A DNA stretch of 64,000 nucleotides from an uncultured archaeon (lineage in GTDB: Archaea; Thermoproteota; Bathyarchaeia; Bathyarchaeales; Bathycorpusculaceae). How positions within the stretch are numbered: the stretch's first letter is position 1; every line of letters begins with the position of its first letter. A program made the position numbers and the translations under genes. Where the stretch lies: contig CAWALK010000015.1 of the NCBI GenBank assembly GCA_963782915.1, positions 224,001 to 288,000 of the forward strand, read 5' to 3'. Below the pieces are notes generated by a model that was not told where the DNA came from, did no database searches, and saw nothing but the letters and a program-made list of their open reading frames with translations. Positions 41,921-52,434 of this stretch are shown here, in pieces.

Positions 41921-42169
41921 ATGAGCCTAAAAGAAGCCGTCAAAAAACAGTATGCAGAACTTGGGTTAGTTTTTAATGAGAAAGATTTCCCAGATGACAA
42001 CGAAGATCCACTTGCAGCGGTATTATCTAAAGAGAAAATTGATTGGTTGAATGTTGAATCTAAAAAAGCTGAAGCGGTTAATCAAATATCGAACGAATTC
42101 TATTTGCTTGCTGCAGTTAATAAGCAAAGAGAAGAAGCTGGATTACCGCCTCTTGTAACTTTAGAGTAA
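41921..42169 (+). CDS. Small protein, paralog of 42957-43169
   Basis: MSLKEAVKKQYAELGL. Confidence 0.6.
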   Translation: MSLKEAVKKQYAELGLVFNEKDFPDDNEDPLAAVLSKEKIDWLNVESKKAEAVNQISNEFYLLAAVNKQREEAGLPPLVTLE

Positions 42170-42427
42170 AAAATTGAAACAGTTTAAATCAGTGAGAAGG
42201 AGCCATAACTGTAATTATCCCACACTTGAAGGTATTCTCTAACTTCGATTTCTGTGTAACCAAGATTCTCCCATTCGGCTTTACGTTCATTTGCTATTTC
42301 GATGCTTGAAACCTTGCATCGTACTGGTTTACCATTCGGGTCTTTGGCCGCTAATCGGTAAAACATTTGTGTAGTCATGTTATTAGTCTCAAGAGATTTA
42401 GTGAAAAACAGAGAAAAGAGAGAAATT

Positions 42428-42892
42428 TTACTCTTTACGGTTTGCTGCTTTAGCACTTTTCAATTCAGCGGCTTTTTGTTCTCGTTGGGCTTTTTCCTGT
42501 TGTTTCTTGGCGATATCTGCTTCTTGTTCTGCGATTTCAGCGTAGAATGGCTTAAACTGGCATTTTTCGCAAGCAGCACCGGTTTCTTTTCCATGAGGTC
42601 CACGTTGTGCGGGATAATGTTGACTCCAACAATTTTTTAATTGAGCTATTTCAGAGCGGATGCTGCTGATTTCTATCTTAATTTTGTTGGCTCCTTCCGT
42701 TAACTCGGCGCGTTCTGCGTTGAAGTCAAAACCAAACTTTTTGTTTAAGTAATGTTTGATTACGTCTAAATCGGTGAAGACGTTTCCTTCTTTGTTGAGT
42801 TGATTTTCTAAATCATTGATTTTTAGCTCGAGTTGAGTTACTTTTCCTTGACATTGTTGACGTTTTTGATTTATTTTTTCGGTATCTATCAT
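42428..42892 (-). CDS. Coiled-coil + Cys protein, paralog of 41476-41859
   Basis: ELKINDLE...FDFNAER...CEKC. Confidence 0.6.
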   Translation of the reverse strand: MIDTEKINQKRQQCQGKVTQLELKINDLENQLNKEGNVFTDLDVIKHYLNKKFGFDFNAERAELTEGANKIKIEISSIRSEIAQLKNCWSQHYPAQRGPHGKETGAACEKCQFKPFYAEIAEQEADIAKKQQEKAQREQKAAELKSAKAANRKE

Positions 42893-42956
42893 AATGGTTC
42901 ACTGAATTATTTGGTGAATATTGGAATTAACCGAAAATTTTAAGGAAGAAACGCAT

Positions 42957-43169
42957 ATGAGTTTAGAAAGCGCAGTCGAGAAATGTCGTAAAGAATTAGG
43001 CATAACTAATACAGTAAATTTGATACCGCAGAAACGTAGTGTGTTGATTATTATTTATCTAAAACTGATATTGTGGTCAAAACTATTTTCAGGGATTAAT
43101 AACATTGGAAATCAAGCGGACCAAAATATTCTTTTGCAGGCTAAAATGAGATGGAAAAAGAACAAATAG
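42957..43169 (+). CDS. Small protein, paralog of 41921-42169 (3' part probably error-affected)
   Basis: MSLESAVEKCRKELGI. Confidence 0.5.
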   Translation: MSLESAVEKCRKELGITNTVNLIPQKRSVLIIIYLKLILWSKLFSGINNIGNQADQNILLQAKMRWKKNK

Positions 43170-43299
43170 GTTAAAATATCGATATAATATTTGGGTATAA
43201 GATAGTTTTGTTGGTGCAGGGTTATAATCTCTGAACACCATAGGAAGAACTAAATTGACAGATTAGAACAACGAGCATTCGACTTCATATACTTTTCGG

Positions 43300-43481
43300 A
43301 AAAAAAAAAAAAATATATATAATATTATTATATATATATATTTATATATATATTATATTATTTTATTATATTATATTATATTATTATATTATATTATATT
43401 ATTTTATTATATTATATTATATTATTTTATTATATTATATTATATTATTTTATTATATTATATTATTTTATTTTATTTTAT
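43300..43481. repeat. Pure A/T low-complexity tract (poly-A, then TA/TTATA-like units)
   Basis: About 180 bp with no G or C. Confidence 0.9.
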
Positions 43482-43487
43482 GTTTGA

Positions 43488-43871
43488 TTATTCATTGAGT
43501 AGTTGCTGCCAAGTTAACTCTTCCACAACAACAAAACCCACAAACCCCAAAATAGCAGCAATCGGATCATCTCCAATCTGTGCGCATGGAATGCTATGAA
43601 CTTTATAGTAACTGTGCTCGTCACTGTCTGGTTTTGTTGCTGGATCGTTGCTCCAGGCACGTAACGCAGCTTTAGTTAAGTGTCCATGTATCAATTTTGC
43701 TGAATAGAGAAATTTGCTCAGTGATTCTGTAAGTTCTTGCTGAGAGGGCGAGTTTGGCACTTGCACAGTTTTACCGATGTTTGCACGGTAGTTTATTGTG
43801 TTTCCGTATTCCCATCCGTTTCTTTGAGCGTAAATGTAATAGTCTGCTTCAATGCCGATGTAGTTCACCAT
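43488..43871 (-). CDS. Element protein with C-terminal hydrophobic segment (possibly truncated by the AT tract)
   Basis: GAGG SD; DPIAAILGFVGFVVV. Confidence 0.45.
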   Translation of the reverse strand: MVNYIGIEADYYIYAQRNGWEYGNTINYRANIGKTVQVPNSPSQQELTESLSKFLYSAKLIHGHLTKAALRAWSNDPATKPDSDEHSYYKVHSIPCAQIGDDPIAAILGFVGFVVVEELTWQQLLNE

Positions 43872-44609
43872 TTGATTGCCTCTTTGGTGGATTCTTAAAA
43901 AGAAGGTTGAATGGATGGTAAAGCTTCAAGGAGCGGGTCGGTTTCTTTGGTTTAAAGATTGGTTGACACATAAGTCCTGTTTTAAAAGGGTCAACTACCC
44001 AGAATATGCTTCTGCGTTAAATAACCAAACAAGCCGCCGACAGTAGTCAAAACCAATACCGTTATGGATATACCCTCTAATTGGGGTAAGCCATTCAGGA
44101 TAAACGTTTGCTGTTATAACTAACACAGTTTCTTTCGCATTTGCCGGTGCAACCTTCGAAGTCAGCGACATATTTACCGTTACGCAGTTCCAAATCTTTT
44201 AGAGAGGTATTGAGATTTGATAGGGGCTTTGTGTGTAGGAATTGTCTGTTTGTATCTCTGTAAATATAGTAGAGTTGGTTGACAGAAACCTTCTGATACA
44301 GACTATCGACGCCGATGAGAGTGTTTTTCTATTAAGTAACTGAACAGTTTGCTTACAGTGTTGAAGCTGCACCAGAAGCGATCGCTTCTAAGATGTGGTA
44401 AGCCAATCGGGATGAATAAGTCCAGCGATAACAGACACAGTTTCGACTGCATTTATTTTGGCAACCATTGAAAGTCAGCGTATGGGCCAGGATGGTTTTG
44501 CAGGTTTTCTAAGGATTGTGTGATTCTTTGAGGGGTTGGTTGATTTGACATATTTAAGCCTCAACTGAGTCGGTCTTATCTTACAAGTATTGAAGATAGA
44601 AGCCAAAAT

Positions 44610-45390
44610 TCAAGTGCAGTGTGTTACCGCTTTTGAGCCATAAATGATGCAGTTCTTCCCCAGAGCGCCTATGATGCCTGCATTGAACCGCTGGATTAAC
44701 CAGATTCTATAACCTAAACGTGCTGCATTATAACAGTAGCCGAGGTCTTCCCCTAACTGGATGCCTTTTCCTCTGAATTGGAAAGTTTCAAATCTTAAAC
44801 GCTCATCAAGGACCGTTTTCTGGCTGAGACATAAACAGGCACTGCATACATAACCCGACTGTGATAACATATCAGGAAGAGAATTGGCAAAACTCAAAGA
44901 GGCAATCATATTGTTTATGAGTACAAAATTGCCGTAGCCCACGGCTAACTGTTCAACTTTTGAACCGTCTGCGAATCAGTAATCCTATAGGGACAACAAC
45001 TATACCCGATACTATGTCTTTACCGCTGCTTACAAGGGCCTTTAATCCGTCTATTGGAAGCGAGACGTCGCTATCAACAAACACAGCAAAATCATAACCT
45101 TTAGCTTGTTCGAGCAGAAGGTTACGGTGGATGGCGAGTTCCTCAAAACGGGTTTCTGCTATGATATATTTTTGTGCCTTGGATGATTGTGTAGGGTAAA
45201 CTGAAATGTGTCTTTAGGAAAAGAATGTAGTTTTCTTTGACTCTGGGTTAGCTGTGAAGATACAATATATTTTTTCTTTTGATGGTTTGTTTTTGGAGTG
45301 CTCAAGATAGAGGATTAATGCGGTTTCTATGGCGTTATTGATTGGTGTGGGTGGTAGAGGTGTTAATATGGTGATTGAGGGTTCAGTATG
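44610..45390 (-). CDS. GT-A (family 2-like) glycosyltransferase, heavily frameshifted
   Basis: Manual reading gives HRNLLLEQAKGYDFAVFVDSDV (DxD)...GKDIVSGI and LGEDLGYCYNAARLGYRIW. Confidence 0.6.
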
Positions 45391-45773
45391 AGGCTATAGC
45401 ATTGTTTGTTGAACTAAGATGCTTTTAAGCATAGAAAAAGAAGTTGAGAGGGCGGCTAAGGGTTGATTGTTACCGTATATCTGTGGGTAACCTGTTGGCG
45501 GTGTTCCAAACTTCGATGGAAGCCGAGGGATCGAGTTTGAATGTATGCTTCGGTTTTTTGGATGTCAGGCAGCTTGATTTTTGTTTGCTTTTTTTAAAAG
45601 GTGTTTTTTTTTTTAAGATTGGCTATTTTCGGTTTGTGTTTGATTTGATTGGTTTGGTTTGTTGTTTACAATGGTTCTTGTAGGGTTTTGCATTTCGTTG
45701 TTTACCCTGTCTTTTCATTCAGTTCTATTTTGTTGCATGTTTCAGATTTCGTTTGTTTGTCAATAAATATTTT

Positions 45774-46070
45774 TCACGCTCTGTGGGCGGCTTGGAAACG
45801 CTGCATAAACTCTTCACCAGATTCTTTTAATTCAAAAGGAAAAGCACTGCTTCGCTGGATAGTCAATAAGTTATGTTTTTCTAAGAAGGCTAAATCTCGG
45901 TTCACGGTCCACCAAACACTAACGCATTCGGCTGCTTTGCTAACAGTAAATCGTTTAATTGTTTGTCGTAAGGCGATTAATCGTTGGCGTCTACGCTGAA
46001 TATTCAAACTTGAGGTTCTTTGACGTTTCTGACTTTAACATTTAGTTGCACTCATCTGGGTTTTCTCCAT
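45774..46070 (-). CDS. HTH DNA-binding protein of the element
   Basis: RRQRLI...TVSKAAECVSV..TVNRDLAFLEK, DeoR-like HTH. Confidence 0.5.
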
Positions 46071-46374
46071 GTTATATTGTTCCAAAATGTGTTTTCTTGC
46101 AGTTTTTCGCAATTTTATAATAATCCCTTCGGTTTTATCTGCACCAAACAGAGCAACAAAAACCGGTTAACTGCACAAAAACTCTGAAAATGTATCGTTT
46201 TGTATCTTTTCGCTAATAGTGTCCGCTTTTGTCTGTTTTTGTGTCTTTTTGTGTTGTTTTCTCGGAAGCGTTTGGTAGCATCTAACAGTGAAAAAATGAA
46301 AACCTGTTGAAATGTGATGTTTTGTGAAGTTTGGGGTGCAATTAAAAAGAAGAAGAAAGAAAAGTTAGCGTTTG

Positions 46375-49014
46375 TTAGCAGTTTTCTGCGCCAGGGTTAG
46401 GTGATTCGAAGCCTCTACAGTTGATTGGTAATGGTGATTGCGGGGTTCTGTCTCCCCAGTGACCACTGGGGGGTTGACAGGTCGGCTTGTCAAAATGGGT
46501 ACATTCGGCTTTGCAGAGGCGGGGCTTTTCAGTCTGTGCAGGTTGTGCAGGCTGTGCAGTGGTTTTGTACAACTTGTCTATATTTTCACTATTTTCTTCT
46601 ATCTCTTCCTTTTTTTCTAAGGAAGAGTTAGAAAAAGGCTGCACAAGTTGCACAGGTTGCACACTTTTTACCATCACATAACGGTAAGCCCAAACTTGCT
46701 GCTTGATTTCTTTGCCTTTAGAGTCAGTGCCTGCCGAGATTCGTATTCGAAGGCGTTGAGCTGCGGGGCAGTAGTCACGCATTGCTTTAATTAAGTCGCC
46801 TTGCCGTGGGATGGGTTTTCTTATTTCAGCTGTTTTCCAGAACTCGACTATTTTGCGGTATAGGTCGTCTTGTAGGATTTCGTCGGATTCGCTGTTGGTT
46901 ACTTCAAGGCTTTTCTCGATGAAGTGCCGTGTGGGTGCTGATTCGCGTATGTAGAAGTCCTTTTTCTGTGGTGTTGTCATGTTTTCTGTGTAGCCCTTTT
47001 GTTTGCGTAGGCGTTTTATGCCTTCGATTGCATGATTTAGTAGTCCGCTCATTTCTTGGGGTGTGGTTATGGTGTCTGCGAAGTTTGGGATTTTGTCTTT
47101 TTCTGCGACTGTTCTTTCATATTTTTGGGGTAGCAGGCGGTTGTAGTAGCTGTCGTCGTCTTCGCTTGGGTTGATGGCGGGTAGGTTATTACAGTTCATC
47201 CAGAATTTACAGTATGGTAGAAACTGGAAGGTTTTCTGGTACATTGGGCGTCCCATGATGAAGCCGCCACCTGTGATTGTTTTCCAGACGCCAGTTGCGC
47301 GTAGTATACTGCTGCTTGTGTCGTCTCCTATGTTAAGGTATTTCTGATAGAGATCGCTTGGAGCGTTTTTGTCATGGTTAATTTCTTGGATTGTGTGGCT
47401 TGCAATGTTTTGCCAGTCGAGAAACCGCATTACTATTTTGGCTTGCTGTGTTTTGCTTGTGTCTGTTGGGCCGACGGCGACGTATGAACGTTTGTATTTG
47501 TTTGTTGATAGGATGCAGTCACCCAAGAACTCGTAGAATATTAGCTGCTGTGTTTTGTCTATTGTTTGGTCTTCGAAGGCGTCGATTTTTGGGCAGGATG
47601 CGTTTGGGTCATAGTTCCATGGGATTTTATTTATCAGGTAAATGTCTGGTGTGTATGGTTGTAGCTGCATTGTTTCGATATTTAGGATGCCGTTTCTGAC
47701 AAGGATTAAGTCGGGGTTGTTGCTTACGCTTTTTTCGGGTGTTTTTCCCATAATGTAGTAACGTATGTCTTTGTGGTAATGTTCACGGGTTTCCTCATCG
47801 AGTTCAGTTATGATTTCACGCCGTATAACTTCTTCAGCGATTGTTTGGCGTAGATACAATCCTTCTGTCTCATCGTAAACGTATAGTTGGCGGCTTTCTT
47901 TGTCGGTTATGAAGTGGTGTTTTGCAAGTATGTTTTTTGCGACGTTTATGGGGTTTACGTTATCTTTTTGCTGTTGTTTCTTGAATTGTTGACGCCATGG
48001 GCATTCTTCATGCTGTCGGGGTAGAGGCAGTAACCGTATTCTTTGATGGTTTCACATTTAGCGGTGCGTTCAGGTTTAGCACTAAGAATACCCTGCATGG
48101 TTTCTTTAGAATTGAAGCCCTCTTGAAGCTTGAATAAATCCATTATCTGCTCAGTGGTGTAGCCGTCACGTTGAAGCTGTGCCGCGATTGTCACTCGCAT
48201 TCTATGACTGCCACCATGTTTTAGTTGTTTCTTCTCAAGCAACTCATATGATGCATGGTCGCTTAACAGAAGCTTTATTTTGCCCGGTAACTTCCTTTTC
48301 ATGAACCATGTTTGAAGATGGTGACGCTTTAGCTGGCTGCTCGAGTCCCACCTCTTCGCATGTTTCAATAAAGATTTTGTAAGCATCAGTAACTATCGTG
48401 GGTTGATTGTCATTTAATCGGTAGTATCCTATACTGCCTTCGATGACTACCCACCAAGGTCCACAGATGTATTCGATGTGTCCAACTTCTGTTTTAGCGG
48501 TTGCCTCGGGGGATTTAAGGTTGAAGAATAGTCGGTGTTCGCCGTTGTTGATGGTTAACCCGTGGTATGTTATGGGTAGATGTGTGTGGAATTCAGTTTG
48601 TTTTTGAGCTAATTCTGGGGTGTAGCCTTCGCCTTTTTTGTCTGTGTCGATGGTTACGGGGTAAACTGTTACGGTTTCGCCTGTTGTTGGGTGCTGGATT
48701 GTTAGGGGTGTTCCCATTAGGACGCCGAACATACGGTACTTGTCGAAATGTTGAGTGTTGAATTCTTCAAGTGTTTGGGGTCGGCGTTTCCATTCTTCAA
48801 ATAAGCCTGTGGCTATAACGGGGGATTTGTCCCATTTCTTTTTTGTTGGGTTCCATTCATGTCTGAAGGGTACGATTGTGCAGCCGAGGTTGTGCCAATA
48901 GTTGATTTGCTGCAGCATTGATTCACGGTTGAACGGTGGTAGTTTTGGCTCTGGTGTTTGGGTGCTGTTGACAGTTACCTGTGGCGTTTGTATGGTTACT
49001 GTGTTGGCATTCAT
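46375..49014 (-). CDS. Replication protein: PrimPol (AEP) - PriL-like 4-Cys domain - D5_N - SF3 helicase (two apparent frameshifts)
   Basis: KSP..W, GVLMG, IDTD, TINNGEH (PrimPol); RPC...H.MR...KCETIKEYGYC...ECPW; RNGILNI...PYTP...WNYDPNASCP (D5_N); GPTDTSKT, WKTITGG, CNNLP. Confidence 0.8.
46535..46663. repeat. Opposed 9-bp-period iteron arrays (putative replication origin)
   Basis: TGTGCA x3 (46535, 46544, 46553) and TGCACA x3 (46640, 46649, 46658) around a T-rich spacer. Confidence 0.6.
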
Positions 49015-49861
49015 CGGTTATCGCCTTATTGCTGTTTCTGCTTTCGGAAGATCGTGGCAGGTTAAATCGGCATGGTCTTGGCAAGTGCTGCAGTTGTTAG
49101 GTGCTCGGGGAATAAACGGTTGGCTTGGTTCACAGCAGCTTGGAACAGAAGCATAGCGTCTTTGTGGTTGCTCGGTCATGGTCGATTCTCGACTATTCAA
49201 AAGCCACTAAAGCAGATTTTAGCGTGGTCTTCATGTCGTTGAGCAAGTCTAGCAATTCCTCTTTGGTGACTTGTGGTTTAGCGTCAATAACTACGTATTG
49301 TTGCTGTTGAGTTTGCTGCATGGTTATGGCTCCTCTTTTGGTGCTTCGCCATGCTTAAGCCAGAGTTTATCGACACTGCTTGCTTTATAGACAATATATA
49401 GGTCGGGAAACTCTAATTCGAGGGTTCTAAGAAGCCGTGCATAATCCATCTGTGTCCCACGAAAAATAATACCATGGGTTAAGTGGACTCTGACAAGACT
49501 ATACTAATAGTTGATCGGGGGAGCTATTGCTCATTTTTTGTGTGGGGTAGACTATCATCTTGTATTCTTCCTTGATGTAGTCGGTCTATATTCCTACGGT
49601 CTGTTGCACTGTTTTCCCCGGTTCAGTGAACACGATTTGCTTCTGGTCCCTCATATGAAAAGCGAGGGGTTTAGCTCCAGACGCGGTGCGTTAGTATGTC
49701 GTTGCCCTGTGGTTCTATATGCGTGCGTTGCAGTGAGGGATTAGCCGATAACTACAGGCTATGGCTAACCTCCTTATATGTTTTTAGTGTTCTCATAGTT
49801 GCCTATGACACTACCAGTAGCGGTGTGATAAAGGAAGTTAGTGGTTTTTGAGTTTAGTCTT

Positions 49862-51013
49862 CTAATTCTTCAACTTTCCTCAAGTAATCCCTCAAGCATC
49901 GGCTTTGCACCTTCAAGCACTTGCAGACGCTTCTTTAACGCATATATTTCTGTGTCTTTAGATTCAACAGTTCGCAGAGTGACTTGTGGCACCAGAAACG
50001 GCAAACACATCTTGAAACAGAGTCAAGTAATCCTCATTCGGCTTATCCTCACTGTCTTGATGGTTCGCGTAGGTGGCTTCAATTCCCGTGGGTTTATGAG
50101 AGGTTAAAGGTTTAGCCAAGTTTGCATTAGCTTTTACCTGTGGTTTCTCCAACACTGTGCTGATTACATCACGGATATCATGGATGCTAAACCGTTTTTT
50201 AGCGAGGTTTCCCCATGCAATTTCGGAAGCCCTTTCAAAAATCCCGGATGTTGTCATTAGTGGTCCGCCTTTCACTGCGCCCCAGGGGTTGTTATTGTAA
50301 GCCATGAACAGTGGTGAAGTCTCAGTGTATGTCTATGCCTCTTTGTTTGAGTTCCAGTTTGTAGGCTTCCAATTTTTGGGCTGCATAGTAGTGGATGAAG
50401 CCAACGTGTTTTGCTCCTTTGTATTTGCCTTTTCCCTGTCCTTTTAAGCGGTCTGATTTCACGTTTATCCAGTAAGGCACTTCTGGATCGTTTAGATGGT
50501 TTTAGATCGCTCCACACTAATTTTCTGAGGGTTCCGGCTCTGACTGGGCATGATACGAGGAACCATAACATGAATTTGTCACGTTGGGTAGTCATTGCCT
50601 CTTCGAGTTCGATGACGTCTTCTATTGTGGGGGATCGTTTTTTGGATTCGGGTGCTTCAAACTCTGAGCCTACATCGGGAGCTAAATCTCGTCCTCTTGT
50701 GGCTGAATAGAAGCTTTTTATGGCTATGAGTAAACCGATTTTTGCTGATGCTGTAATATTGTCTGATTGGAGATAGGTTTCTAAGAGGGTTTCTGCTTGG
50801 AATTCTTTTTCTGTGGCTGGATGCTGTAAACCTTCAAGTTTTAAGGTGATTAGTTCATCGGGGTTCTTTTTGGTTGCGTCGCAGTATCGTTTTAGTCGGC
50901 GGGTGTATTCAAGTTCTGTGTAGGGGCTGTTTTTGAGTTTTTTGTTATAGAAGTTGTTGTCCGCTGGTGTAGGATAGGAGCCATGTTTGGTTGATTTCCG
51001 AGATTTTACTCAA
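49862..51013 (-). CDS. Tyrosine recombinase/integrase (several apparent frameshifts)
   Basis: RDKFMLWFLVSCPVRAGTL (catalytic R), FSIHDIRD (HxxR), LTSH...ATY (H, Y); TTG start with GAGGG SD. Confidence 0.85.
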
Positions 51014-51114
51014 GTATTATTCCCTCTGCTTGAGTCGGTTTTATTATGTTACTCGTGCCTACCACATTTTCTTTTATTTTTCCGTTAGTCTTAATGGTGA
51101 ATAACGCAAAGCGA

Positions 51115-51199
51115 AATCAGGGTTAACTCAATACAGGCACCAAATTCGTTCTTTCTTTCTCTTCCAGAATTTTCCGCTTGCATTGAGTTAGCCTTGATT
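51115..51199 (+). ncRNA. Putative structured leader RNA of TFS gene, CU-loop hairpin family copy H5
   Basis: AAUCAGGGUUAACUCAAU-CAGGC / GCUUG-AUUGAGUUAGCCUUGAUU; AAAUUC/GAAUUU; loop CUUUCUCUUCC. Confidence 0.6.
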
Positions 51200-51223
51200 C
51201 AGCCAAACAAAGGTGAATAAAAA

Positions 51224-51571
51224 ATGGATTTCTGTCCAAACTGTGGCTCTATACTTTTCCCAAAAACCGTTGAAGTCGGCTCTCAAGCAATGCTAATTCT
51301 AACCTGCAAAAAATGCGGCTATACAAGCAGAGAACCAAAAGAAGATACCAAAATTGAATTGAAGACTATCCAGCATAATCCCAAACAGATGGTTGCAGTC
51401 ATAGACAAAGCAGAAGATGTTAGCGTTGAACCGACTATTCAGATGGAGTGCCCAAGATGCGGCAATAGGACCGCTTATGTTTGGCAGGTGCAGACGAGAG
51501 GGGCAGATGAATCGTCCACGCAATTCCTCAGGTGTACAAACTGCGGGTTTACGTATAGAGAAAACACTTAA
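51224..51571 (+). CDS. tfs: Transcription factor S (TFS/RpoM-like)
   Basis: FCPNCG, CKKCG, CPRCG, QTRGADES, CTNCG. Confidence 0.92.
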   Translation: MDFCPNCGSILFPKTVEVGSQAMLILTCKKCGYTSREPKEDTKIELKTIQHNPKQMVAVIDKAEDVSVEPTIQMECPRCGNRTAYVWQVQTRGADESSTQFLRCTNCGFTYRENT

Positions 51572-51649
51572 TCGGCTGCCCAAATAGGGCCATCTAATAT
51601 AGCATTTGCTCATTCAAAAAATGCGATAAACCAAAATTTGAAATTGTAA

Positions 51650-51726
51650 TGGTGCGGTAACCGGGATTTGAACCCGGGTCCTAGACTTGGCAAGCCTATG
51701 TACTGACCAAGCTGTACTATTACCGC
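51650..51726 (-). tRNA. tRNA-Gly(GCC), CCA encoded
   Basis: GCGGTAATAGTACAGCTTGGTCAGTACATAGGCTTGCCAAGTCTAGGACCCGGGTTCAAATCCCGGTTACCGCACCA folds as a cloverleaf. Confidence 0.95.
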
Positions 51727-52004
51727 ATATGGTGCGCCACGCAATATTCTAAATACTTCCTAATAAACTATAGTTTTTAATCTTTGCGACTTTTCTATTA
51801 TTTCTGCTGGAGTTAACGTTAATCTGGCGGCATTTCTGTCGAGGAACGAGATGGACCTTACAAACCGAAAACCAAGTGGAAAAAAATAAATTTTTGATAA
51901 ACAAAAAATTGAACAATCAAGCTATAGATAATGACACTCTTACCAGCTCAAATCAATAACGCTGTTTTGATTATGGCATCTGGACTTGAGCGCATTTTTG
52001 GTTC

Positions 52005-52220
52005 TTATTCGCCCCAGTCTTCGCCTTCAATAGTCAACTCTTGAAGACTTACGCATCCACCATCAACAGATGGTTTTATAACTTCTAGCTCAAGTCCACA
52101 ACCTGGACAGCTAAGGATTTCTCCTTTTTCTGCGTCGAGTGGAACGTCTAGTTCACAATCGCAGTCTGGACATTTGGCTTCGTTACTTTGTTTTTGAAGA
52201 TTGGAAATTGTCGCATTCAT
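52005..52220 (-). CDS. lysW: Amino-group carrier protein LysW/ArgW
   Basis: CPDC...CPGCG.ELEV...EGEDWGE C-terminus. Confidence 0.9.
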   Translation of the reverse strand: MNATISNLQKQSNEAKCPDCDCELDVPLDAEKGEILSCPGCGLELEVIKPSVDGGCVSLQELTIEGEDWGE

Positions 52221-52434
52221 TGTTTTTCTTCTCTTTTTGATTATTCTTTCAAACGGGAATACGATTCTTAAGTATTGTGACGCCCCTGTGCCATATTGAG
52301 TTAATTATGTTCTATTTAGGACAAAATTCCGAATAGCAAAAATCAAGCCCCCTGCGGAATGCTTCGCAAAAGGCAAACGCATTAATCAAACCTACATCGC
52401 TTCGATGTACCGACAAGCACTTGGAAGATGGAAC

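Larger units (their letters stand above)
37620..51050. mobile_element. Integrated virus/plasmid-like element (boundaries approximate, att sites not found)
   Basis: Tyrosine integrase, primase-helicase, many short orphan ORFs, divergent repressor-like region, near tRNA-Gly. Confidence 0.75.

Noticed and set aside
51650-51680. tRNA-Gly 3' end as the att site of the integrated element
   Set aside because: No convincing duplicate was found on the left; only GCGGTAAC (8 bp) near 37389, which is too short.
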